64,000 nt of DNA, taken from positions 1 through 64,000 of the IMG/VR virus record IMGVR_UViG_3300027759_006101. One strand, 5' to 3'. Numbering within the stretch: position 1 is the first letter of the stretch; each line of letters starts with the position of its first letter. The notes under the pieces are model-generated. The model did not search any database. It had not been told where the DNA came from and saw nothing but the letters and a program-made list of their open reading frames with translations. Shown here piece by piece: positions 37,866-46,800 of the stretch. The translations under genes and the position numbers were made by a program.

Positions 37866-38636
37866 ATGAAAAAAAATTACAGTAATATTAAGATATTAGT
37901 CATAGGCGATTCTTGCACAGATGTTTTTGTGTATGGTAATGCCTTTAGATTAGCACCCGAAGGCCCAGTACCCGTATTCAATCCGGAATCTGAAAAACAG
38001 AATGGGGGAATGGCTTTAAATGTCAAGCATAATATCGAAGCAATTGGGGCAAATGCAACACTCTTGACTCAAAATGAAGACATATTCAAAACAAGATATG
38101 TTGACTCAAGAACAAATAGTCTTTTACTACGTGTAGATACTAATGACACAGCCACTAGAATAAGTAGAGATGTTATTCAAAGCATCACTAATAACACATA
38201 TTTAGATGTTGTATATGATGCAATCATTATTAGTGATTATTGCAAAGGTTTTTTGACAGAAGAAGATATTGATGAAATTTCACTTAATAATTTTAACATT
38301 TTTTTAGATACAAAAAAAATACTAGGTGATTGGTGCAAATACGTTACTTTTATAAAAATTAACTTTTCAGAGTTTGAGCGAACCAAACATACAATTGATA
38401 AATTAGATATTTCTGAAAAACTTATAATAACTAAGTCTGACGATGGTTGTGATTATCAAGGTGAAAATTTTCCAGTAGAAAAAGTGAATATCAAAGATGT
38501 TTCCGGAGCTGGTGATACATTTATTTCTGGGCTTGTATGTGAATATGTCAATTCTTATTCTGTAAAAAATGCGATATTGTTTGCTCAAGAATGTGCCACT
38601 AAAGTTGTTCAAAAAAAGGGAGTTTGTACTATATGA
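37866..38636 (+). CDS. PfkB-family sugar kinase, HldE/RfaE kinase domain only
   Basis: ILVIGD, LAPEGPVPV, GGMALNV, ISDYCKG, KDVSGAGDTF. Confidence 0.85.
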   Translation: MKKNYSNIKILVIGDSCTDVFVYGNAFRLAPEGPVPVFNPESEKQNGGMALNVKHNIEAIGANATLLTQNEDIFKTRYVDSRTNSLLLRVDTNDTATRISRDVIQSITNNTYLDVVYDAIIISDYCKGFLTEEDIDEISLNNFNIFLDTKKILGDWCKYVTFIKINFSEFERTKHTIDKLDISEKLIITKSDDGCDYQGENFPVEKVNIKDVSGAGDTFISGLVCEYVNSYSVKNAILFAQECATKVVQKKGVCTI

Positions 38637-38923
38637 TTATGAAAGAATATTACGCTATGTATTTGACACTTCACCAAAATAAAGTTTGTAGAAGACTTCA
38701 CGTACTTGGCCAAATCATGACTTTATTGTGGATTGCCGGATGTTTGAATTATGGCTATTTTTGGTTTTTGTTATTGACGCCATTTATTGTTTATCCTTTT
38801 GCTTGGAGCGGACACTATTTTTTTGAAAAGAATCAACCAGCAGCATTTAAAGATCCAGTCAAGGCTAAAATTAGTGATTGGATGATGCTTTTTGATATCT
38901 TAAGAGGAAAAATAGATTTTTAA
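38633..38923 (+). CDS. DUF962/Mpo1-like small membrane protein
   Basis: YLTLHQNKVCRRLHV...FAWSGHYFFEKNQPAAF...SDW; start at the ATGA overlap. Confidence 0.8.
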   Translation: MIMKEYYAMYLTLHQNKVCRRLHVLGQIMTLLWIAGCLNYGYFWFLLLTPFIVYPFAWSGHYFFEKNQPAAFKDPVKAKISDWMMLFDILRGKIDF

Positions 38924-39795
38924 TGTCTAACTTAGATTCTTTGATTAGAAACAATTTAGATTTGCCAATATCTGAAGATGTCTCCATTTATAAGGATGTT
39001 GAAAACAGAAAAAAGTTCACAAACGAAATATGTAAAGTTGTAAACACAGAAATTGATAAAACTTTGCATCCCTATGATAAAGATATACTTGAAGATATCA
39101 GAACTAATGGATACGCTATAGTTGAAAATTTTATATCTCCAGACGAAATAGAAGAACTCAAGAAGTACATAAGTAATTTTAAGGGTTACCAATTTCATAT
39201 TCCAAATAGATCCTTTAACAAAATACCTGAAAAATATTCATCTGATTTAAATTGGAATGTTTGCTCTTATAAAACAAATCACTTATTACATAATCCTTTT
39301 TTGCTCAAGCTAATGACAAAACCTGATATAATCTCTTTAGTTCAAGAGTATTTAGGCTGTCTTCCAATGATATCGGGCTTAAATATCTGGTGGAATAAAT
39401 ATACAGGACAAGAGTTTCACACTCAAAAGCTACACAGAGACTATGATGATTTCAAGTTCATAACTATGTTTATTTATCTCACTGATGTAAACACTAAGAA
39501 CGGTCCTCACGTTTACTATCCGAAGACCCATAATGGCGAAGAACCATCTACAGAACCAATCGAAATTACAGCAAAAGCAGGCACAGCAATTTTTGGTGAC
39601 ACATATGCTTTACACTATGGAAAACCCCTAGAAGAAGGCGAAAGGCTTATGTTTTGGACAAGATTCTCTTTGCATAAAAATAATAATTTTTACAGAGATG
39701 GGTCTGAAGAATATATTCAAGAGCCAAGTGTTTTTTTTGATGTTATTGATGACAGTGATATCAATAGACATGTTTTGAGAGCATTTACTAAATAA
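38923..39795 (+). CDS. PhyH-like Fe(II)/2-oxoglutarate dioxygenase
   Basis: NGYAIVENF, LHRDYD (HxD), YLTDV..KNGPH, GDTYALHYG. Confidence 0.8.
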   Translation: MSNLDSLIRNNLDLPISEDVSIYKDVENRKKFTNEICKVVNTEIDKTLHPYDKDILEDIRTNGYAIVENFISPDEIEELKKYISNFKGYQFHIPNRSFNKIPEKYSSDLNWNVCSYKTNHLLHNPFLLKLMTKPDIISLVQEYLGCLPMISGLNIWWNKYTGQEFHTQKLHRDYDDFKFITMFIYLTDVNTKNGPHVYYPKTHNGEEPSTEPIEITAKAGTAIFGDTYALHYGKPLEEGERLMFWTRFSLHKNNNFYRDGSEEYIQEPSVFFDVIDDSDINRHVLRAFTK

Positions 39796-39804
39796 GGAGA
39801 AAAT

Positions 39805-40395
39805 ATGGAAGAAATAGATTATCTTAAAGTTAATCCGGAATACGGAGACACAATGATGGATCTTGTTTTTGCTCAAAGAGTTAAAGAAATTATTGATGAG
39901 TATAAAATTACAACTTGGTTTGAAACTGGAGTTGATGTAGGAACAACAGCATTAACAGTTACAAAAATGGTCGAAAAGTGGATTGGTGTTGAAATTCGTG
40001 AAACTTCTTGTGAAAGAGTAGCTAAAAGATTTTCTGACAATAATGTAACTAATGTTGAAATAATTCAAGGAAACTCTCCTATCGTATTATTGAATAAAAT
40101 GCATACATTAGATGTTGACCATACTATATTTTTTCTGGATGCTCATTGGGGAGCCTACTGGCCACTATTAGATGAAATTGACACAATTTCAAGGGGTAAA
40201 GGAATACTCATAATGCACGATGTGCAAGTACCAGGTCACCCAGAACTAGGCTATGACCAATATGGTGGAAAAATATTAAATTACGATTATGTCAAGGATG
40301 CTCTCGCAAGATGGAGTCCTACGCACAGAATTGAATATAATTCTGAGACTAAGTATATTCATCCCAGGGGAATAATGTACGCATTTCCAAAATAA
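39805..40395 (+). CDS. Class I SAM-dependent methyltransferase-like protein
   Basis: WFETGVDVGTT, IIQGNSP, IFFLDAHW, ILIMHD. Confidence 0.75.
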   Translation: MEEIDYLKVNPEYGDTMMDLVFAQRVKEIIDEYKITTWFETGVDVGTTALTVTKMVEKWIGVEIRETSCERVAKRFSDNNVTNVEIIQGNSPIVLLNKMHTLDVDHTIFFLDAHWGAYWPLLDEIDTISRGKGILIMHDVQVPGHPELGYDQYGGKILNYDYVKDALARWSPTHRIEYNSETKYIHPRGIMYAFPK

Positions 40396-40430
40396 AAAAA
40401 GAGGAGTAAAAAATACTCCTCTTTTTTTTT
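40394..40430. terminator. Bidirectional Rho-independent terminator between the island and MCP
   Basis: A7-GAGGAGTA-AAAAA-TACTCCTC-T9. Confidence 0.9.
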
Positions 40431-40445
40431 GTGACTAGTTTAGAA

Positions 40446-41300
40446 TTAGCTTACGGTAATTCTTGAAACTGCATAGTCATTGATGAGCGCAAAACCGAGC
40501 TCTTCGTAAACAACCCATCCAAGTCTAAGTCTCTTTGGATCGTCTGCTGGGAGAACAGTAATGTCTTGGCGAACTGGCATTGCACCAACGAATTGGGCAG
40601 GAGCAAGAACGTAAACACTGTTCTTTGGAACCATTGTGGAGACATGGATGTCTGCGGAATAAATATGTCCGTAGAGACCAGTCATAAGGATATCTCTTTG
40701 AGTTGCCTCATCGAAGAATTCCTTACCCCAGTTTCTGATATCCTTGTATCTTTGCGGGTGAAGAACAACCTTAGCGCCGATTAACTCGTGCTCTTCGATG
40801 AGGGTCAACGCAAGGTTGACGTTCTCTGGTTGAAGAGTACCAGAAACGGAGATTGATTGGTCAGTTGGAACACCAGCATTGATGACCTTGAAGACTTCAG
40901 TATCTTCTTGTCTTTGGAGGGAGTCCTTAGCACGGACTTGAGCTCTATCGACGATGTAGAATCTTCTTTGGCGAATCTCATTGAGTCTGATCTGTGGATG
41001 AGCAGCCAACTCAATGGTTGGAACAAGAAGCTCTTCTGCTTCAACTTCTGCAGCAGGAACAGCACCACGCTTAGGAATAACGTATGACTTTACAGCCACG
41101 TCTCTCTCATAGCGAGCTAAAGCACCTTGTGGGAGCTCATCGACCATAAGAAGCTTACGGCCAATTGCTTGGTACATAAGGGAGGTCTTGATTGGCTCAA
41201 CCATTGCTTGTGCAAGTGCTGTGCGTCCCTCTGGAGTCTCAAGAGCCATTGCAATAATGGACTCTCTTTGCTCATTTGTGTTTCTCTTAATCATTGACAT
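40446..41300 (-). CDS. Major capsid protein, HK97 fold
   Basis: 284 aa, last gene of the head operon, AGGAG SD; VVLHPQRYKDIR, GLYGHIYSADIHVS and GWVVYEELG fit the HK97 A/P-domain pattern. Confidence 0.85.
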   Translation of the reverse strand: MSMIKRNTNEQRESIIAMALETPEGRTALAQAMVEPIKTSLMYQAIGRKLLMVDELPQGALARYERDVAVKSYVIPKRGAVPAAEVEAEELLVPTIELAAHPQIRLNEIRQRRFYIVDRAQVRAKDSLQRQEDTEVFKVINAGVPTDQSISVSGTLQPENVNLALTLIEEHELIGAKVVLHPQRYKDIRNWGKEFFDEATQRDILMTGLYGHIYSADIHVSTMVPKNSVYVLAPAQFVGAMPVRQDITVLPADDPKRLRLGWVVYEELGFALINDYAVSRITVS

Positions 41301-41332
41301 TTGATTTTTTCTCCTTTAATTTACGCTACTGA

Positions 41333-41986
41333 TTATCTTGCACCAAGTTGGGTGAAGTAAATAAGACCAGCGGCTGAATCGTATGAATCGACTCTACCAA
41401 CGATGATTCCATCGGTTCCAACTGCACCTGGGTCTAATTGAACAAGTTTACCTGCACTACCAGAAGCTGCTGCAACGGTAAGAAGGTCACCAATAGCAGG
41501 GACCCAAGTACCACCGTCAGCGGAAACAGTTGAGGATGCAGTGCCTGACCATCTGTCAGTAACGAATTGACCGCCAGGAGTATTGAAAACTCCAACGCCT
41601 CTTCTTGGGCCTTCATATCCTGAAGAACCTGCAGTTGGGTTTGTAACACCATTGACGTTCTCAGCTAAGAAGTCGCCAATAGCTCTCTTTGATACAACAT
41701 AGAAACCATTGTTGTTAGCAACAAAGTTACCTGATGTATCAGTGTAAGAAGAACCAACTGGATCTGCTAAGATCATTGTGTTACCAGTTCTTGCTGTATC
41801 ATCAGCGGAAAATCCAACGAATCTACCTAATTGCTCAGCAACTGTGTCGAATGCACCTGCAGCTCTATAAGCAGCAGCAACATTACCATCAGTTCCGATC
41901 ATAAGAGCATCGCCTGCAAGGAATGAAGCGCTTGATGCTGTTGGGTAGTTAGCAACAATTGCAGTATTTAATGCACGAATAGCCAT
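41333..41986 (-). CDS. Capsid decoration/cement protein
   Basis: Directly upstream of MCP; A/G-rich; FLAGDALMI...GRFVGF...IGDLLTV...IIVGRV; AGGAG SD. Confidence 0.65.
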   Translation of the reverse strand: MAIRALNTAIVANYPTASSASFLAGDALMIGTDGNVAAAYRAAGAFDTVAEQLGRFVGFSADDTARTGNTMILADPVGSSYTDTSGNFVANNNGFYVVSKRAIGDFLAENVNGVTNPTAGSSGYEGPRRGVGVFNTPGGQFVTDRWSGTASSTVSADGGTWVPAIGDLLTVAAASGSAGKLVQLDPGAVGTDGIIVGRVDSYDSAAGLIYFTQLGAR

Positions 41987-42019
41987 TTTCTATTTCTCCT
42001 AAATTTTTAAGTGAGGAAA

Positions 42020-43708
42020 CTAATCCTCGAGTTTTGGCATTGTCCAAGTGCCCTTGAGAGCACCTTGGATGTCAAGAGCTGCACTGTTAGAAGCAAAGCT
42101 TCCGTGGAATGCAGGGGATGTAGATACGCCTAAAGTTGAAGCAGTTTTTGTCATTTTTTCTGCAGCAGCAGCAGCGACTCTTTCAGTTGATGTTTGTGCA
42201 GACTTGAGTAAAAGTTTAGTTTGTCTAATCATTGAATCTGCTTTCAAGCCATCATTAAGCATTTGCTCTGCATATGAATCTACTTCGTCAGAAGTGATAA
42301 TTCCTGCAAGTGCAAGTTTAGATGCACAACCATAAGATGTTTTGATTCTAGCTAAGTCGAGTGAACTAGCGGCTAATTCTTTTCCAACATCTTGTGTCAT
42401 TTTATTGACTTCAATCGCTGTGTTTTTACCTTGTTGCATAGTCATTGATGCATCACCGATTTGTTTTGTATCAATTGTTGCAGATGCTTTTTCCATATCA
42501 TGGTCTTTGCCAGATTCTTTGTTGGTTGGACAGTCGTTATTTGCACATCTGGTAGAATCTCTTTCCATTTCTTCATCAGACATAGACATTCTTGTACCGC
42601 AAGAAGTGCACTCAACTGTGTTTTTCTTGTCTTTCTCAGCAATTCTGTTGTTACCAGCATTTGCACGAGTGGTCTTGTGTGGCATATTTGGCATTTGAGT
42701 TGGAACTTCAAAAAGATTTGCATCTTCAAGTCCCTCTGATGGATTCTCGAGAGATTCCCAATTAACAACGTACTCTAATGAGCCATCGCCTGAACCTTCA
42801 AACTTCATAGGCTTTGTTACATCTGGAAATTGAAGTGAATCTGGGTTGTTTGTAGGAACTCTTTGCTCAGCCCAGCTTGGGTTTTGCTCTTTGAGTGAGT
42901 TGCCTTCGCCACCCTCAAAACTCATTGAAGGGTAATCGATTTCACCTTCCATATTAACCATATCTTCGTTGTATTTGAATGTGCTGTGCGCTGGATATGC
43001 CTCTTCTTCAGCAGCGAGCTTCATAAGAATTTCTTCTCTTTCTGCTCTTCTTAAAAGGGCTTCTCTTTGTGCCTTGCGCTCAGCTAATGCTTGTTTAGTC
43101 ATATTTCTAACCTCATTGCTGTTTTTTGTAAATTTTTCAGTATTTTCATCTTCAATTTCATCTTCATCATCAGAATCCATATCTTCCATGTCATCCATGT
43201 CTTCCATTTCATCTTCTGAAGAATCTAAATCTCCGCCAAGAAGATTATCTAGCGCCTCTTGCACAGCTTTTTGTGCTTGATCAACCATATCAGCGGGAAC
43301 TTCAATTTCAAAAGTTGCTACATCGTCACTTTCATCTGCTTCGTCACTGTCTTCCATGTCATCATCTGACATCTCATCATCATCTTCATCAAGTTCTTCT
43401 TCATCACTTTCAAAGTGATGAAATTCCATTTCTTCATCGTCGGATTCATCGTTTGCGAAGTCAACAGTCTCTTTGCCATCCTCTAAATCTAAACCAGCAA
43501 GCTTTATTCCGGCTTGTTTAGCAATATTAGGAAGATACTTTGCTCTGATTGCACTTGCCACAACTACAGCTTCATCATCATTCAATGATGCAGTTCTAGC
43601 CATATCATTTGTACATTGAACAAAATCTTCTTTGTCTGTTGCTTGAATTTCTGCCAATTTTAAAGCTGCAAATTTAGCATTTTCGGCATTTTTCGAATTT
43701 TTATTCAT
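42020..43708 (-). CDS. Putative capsid scaffolding protein
   Basis: Between protease and decoration/MCP; long D/E tract, Zn ribbon (CTSC..C..C), Ala-rich C-terminus, multiple KxAS-like motifs. Confidence 0.6.
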   Translation of the reverse strand: MNKNSKNAENAKFAALKLAEIQATDKEDFVQCTNDMARTASLNDDEAVVVASAIRAKYLPNIAKQAGIKLAGLDLEDGKETVDFANDESDDEEMEFHHFESDEEELDEDDDEMSDDDMEDSDEADESDDVATFEIEVPADMVDQAQKAVQEALDNLLGGDLDSSEDEMEDMDDMEDMDSDDEDEIEDENTEKFTKNSNEVRNMTKQALAERKAQREALLRRAEREEILMKLAAEEEAYPAHSTFKYNEDMVNMEGEIDYPSMSFEGGEGNSLKEQNPSWAEQRVPTNNPDSLQFPDVTKPMKFEGSGDGSLEYVVNWESLENPSEGLEDANLFEVPTQMPNMPHKTTRANAGNNRIAEKDKKNTVECTSCGTRMSMSDEEMERDSTRCANNDCPTNKESGKDHDMEKASATIDTKQIGDASMTMQQGKNTAIEVNKMTQDVGKELAASSLDLARIKTSYGCASKLALAGIITSDEVDSYAEQMLNDGLKADSMIRQTKLLLKSAQTSTERVAAAAAEKMTKTASTLGVSTSPAFHGSFASNSAALDIQGALKGTWTMPKLED

Positions 43709-43789
43709 TTTATTGCTGCTTCCCTTAATAAAATCAAATCTTTTATCAAAGTGTGTTATAAAAGTATTCCTTTATAAACTGATTATTTT

Positions 43790-43816
43790 TTCTTGATAAA
43801 TAGGTTTTACACCTTT
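43790..43816 (-). promoter_or_regulatory. Putative late promoter AAAGG-N18-AGAA
   Basis: AAAGG TGTAAAACCTATTTATCA AGAA, intergenic upstream of the scaffold. Confidence 0.7.
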
Positions 43817-43823
43817 TTTATCT

Positions 43824-43853
43824 ATTTACGGGGAGATAAATCTCCCCATAAAT
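43824..43853 (-). terminator. Stem-loop after the protease gene
   Basis: GGGGAGA-4 nt-TCTCCCC with an extended AT stem; no clear U tract on the minus strand. Confidence 0.5.
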
Positions 43854-43854
43854 C

Positions 43855-46800
43855 TTAGTCAATCCAAGTAATTGAGACATCCAATTTTGATGGATCTTTT
43901 TTGCTTGTTTTTACAGATGTTCTAGAATAGTTTCCACAGCTATGGCAGAAAGTATTATTCTTTACTTTATTTGCTTTTCTATTTCCACAACTTGGACAAA
44001 TCATACCGACAGGAAGCATTTTAGATGCTGTTCTGTCAAAGTCAGGCATTGCAGTTTTTAAGTAAACATCTGAATCAACTGTTGCTGAAAGTCTAACCAT
44101 TGTCTTGATTGAGTTTGCAACTGTTCCTAAAGCAGGAGGCGCAGGAGAAGCAGCTGGAACCTCAGTTGGAGCTGTTGCTGCACCAAGGCCCATATCAGGT
44201 CCTAAACCACCAAGGTCTTCAGACTCTGGAGATTCTTTACCCTTGTCACCCATAGATATAAGCTCAATTGATTGAAGAATCTTGTATGTTGTTCCGCAGT
44301 TTTGACAATCTGCATTTGATTCAGAAATATTTACATCATCTGATCCGCAAACTGGGCAAACACTTCCCCAAGGTTTCTTTTCACCTGGCTCTGTCATTGC
44401 ATCAAGATCTGATGTTTCGTTCATTTCTGTACCAGTCATAGCAGAGATTCCTAAATCTCCGCCAATAGGAGCCATAGCGCCTAAATTAGGGTCTACAGGG
44501 CCTGCAGCAGGAGAAGCGGGAGCTGGAGCACCCATAGGAGGAGCTACTTGTGCATATTTAGATAAAACTTCATCTCTTCTATTTTTTCTAGCAATTCTTG
44601 CACCTTCAGTCATTACTACAGGTAATTCTTCAGCAATTACTTCTGCATCCGCATTTTCTTCGTCAACCTTGAAAGTTTTGGATGACATTGTTGAAACTGT
44701 TGCGGTTACATCACCATTTTCTGAAACAACTAAATCAGTAAATGAGAAAGTGTTTGGATCTACTGTAAATCCGTGACCTTGAAGAACTTCCATTGCTTTT
44801 TGTTTGAATGCTTCATCAAAGCTATCGTCTCCAGGAGACATTCCGTTCAAATCTTCAGCAACGCACATAAATCTAAGGCAATCTGATTTTGTGTGTGTAA
44901 CAGTCATTCCAGCAGTTCTGTCTGCTTCTTGTTTTGCTTCAATAGCTCTTGAAACTAATTTTTCTGCCAAATCGAAATCTTGGCAAAGTCTTTTTGCTGC
45001 TAATGCAATTTTGCGAGTTGGAATATTGAAGTTTGTTGAATAATCAGCAAGCCATCCAATCAAATTATTCTCAATTTTTTCTGCACTGGCAGTCTTGACT
45101 CCCCAAAACTCTCTTCTTGCTCTAGATCTTAATCTACCTTCAGTTGCAGTGGTGGTTTTTGCTCTATCAATTGCTGCCATAAGTTGTTTTTCTGGCATTG
45201 AGTCAACGACATCAACACCTTCACCTGGTGCAGTTCTTGTTTCTTCAGAGGACATTGCCATAGCACTAATTGCAGATTTCAAATCGTCTTTAGAAATTAA
45301 GTCACCAGCTCCGTCTACAGCTGATCTAAGCGCTGATCTGAGTTCTTCATTCTTTGAAGGTTGAGTATCAACATCAAGGCCAGTTTCAGGAGCAGCAGCC
45401 CCAGCCATCAAAAGTTCTGCAATTCTAGTGACACCTTCTTTGGTGATTTCGCCTTCTTCAACAGCAACCGAAAGTGCTTGCGAAAGGTCTTGAGCAGTTA
45501 CTTCTGAAGTTACAGCAGCGCCTAATTGTTTGAGGACAGCTGTGACTGGATTATCAACAGAAGATTGTCCAAAAAATTCTTCTTTCTCAGTATTTGCTGC
45601 ATCCATTTCTGTACCAGCAGCAGCAGTTCCAATCATTTCTGGAAGCATTGGTTCTTCAGATAAAACTTGTGCAACTCTCAAAATTGTCTTTGGAGTTTCA
45701 AACGAAGAAACAACTGCTTTGCCTAATGCTTCAATTGTCTTGACCATGATAAGTTGTGCAGGAGCACTTCCTTCAGATCTGTGCTTAGAAAGTCTATTTT
45801 CTAAAACTTCAGTTGGAACACCCTTAGTTACTTCATCAACAAGTTCAGTCAGAGATTTTCTAACTTCATCATCCTTGACTCTTCTTCCATAAAGTCCAGC
45901 TTTACCAAGTAAAATTTCCTTGACAGCTTCGGCACCTTCGCCTGTTCTTTTAGTATCAAGTTGTTGTTCTTTGCCAACAGTAGGAGCACCAGTATTTTTA
46001 GTTTTCACACCGTCTTGTAAATTACTATATGACTCACCAGATCTTACTTCTTCTAAAAGACTTTCTCTGTCGCCATCTCTGTCCTTAACATCAAGTAAAG
46101 CTGTTCTGACAAATGATGAATAATCTTTTAACAGTTCTGCAGCAACTCTTGTGCCTTGTCCTGATTCCATCATAGAAATTTGATTTTCATTGAGGATAGG
46201 TTCCCAAGAAGTTCTTTTACCATTAGTAAATCCGGTTATCGATCCATCAGTTGAAAGAACAACTCTATTACCCGCACTGTCTTCAACCTTAAAATCGATT
46301 GTGACAGCAGCAGCTAATTTTTTTCTTTGCTCTGATGCAATCTTAGCAAAATGATCCATTTGATTTCTGCTCCCCGCCTCTATAGGCTTGTTTGTTTTTA
46401 TGTTTTTATTTCTCTCATTAGCAATTCTAATGACATTTTGAATACTTTGATTGACTTGTTCTACGTTATTCAAATTATTTTTTAAACTCAGAATACTTTG
46501 TGCAAAGTTTCCAAATTTATCAACAGTTTTATGATTTGTACTTGCAAAAACTTCTCTTCTACCATCTTTAGAAGCCCAAACTAAATTATAGTTTGTAGAT
46601 GCTAATGCAACTCCACTTCCAATAGGATTTGGATTACTGAAGTTAGTCATATCCATAACTTTTCCAACTGATTCAGTTGGAGAATAATTAGCTAAACCAA
46701 TTTGTGGGCTTGCCATTTGTTGCGATGGATTTGGTTGTGCAGCTTGTGGCATACTTTGAGGTTGATTTATTGGCTGTGGTCTTTGACCACTACCAACGTC

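Larger units (their letters stand above)
22743..40395. other. 21-gene nucleotide-sugar biosynthesis, tailoring and glycosyltransferase island
   Basis: Contiguous Rossmann-fold, ThDP, PLP/PMP, aldolase, cyclase, kinase, dioxygenase, methyltransferase and GT genes in two divergent arms. Confidence 0.9.

Noticed and set aside
22743-40395. Island as a bacterial O-antigen locus joined by mis-assembly
   Set aside because: Same AT-rich composition as the flanks, a 21-nt coding overlap with a tail gene, a shared bidirectional terminator with MCP, the same GTATAAT leaderless promoter type as portal and TerS, and no wzx/wzy/export genes; read-level confirmation is still advisable
40446-41300. Encapsulin nanocompartment rather than phage capsid
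   Set aside because: It sits in an operon with decoration, scaffold, protease, portal and terminase genes
40446-41986. Higher GC in the MCP and decoration genes as a sign of foreign origin
   Set aside because: Better explained by codon bias and Ala/Gly content of highly expressed capsid proteins
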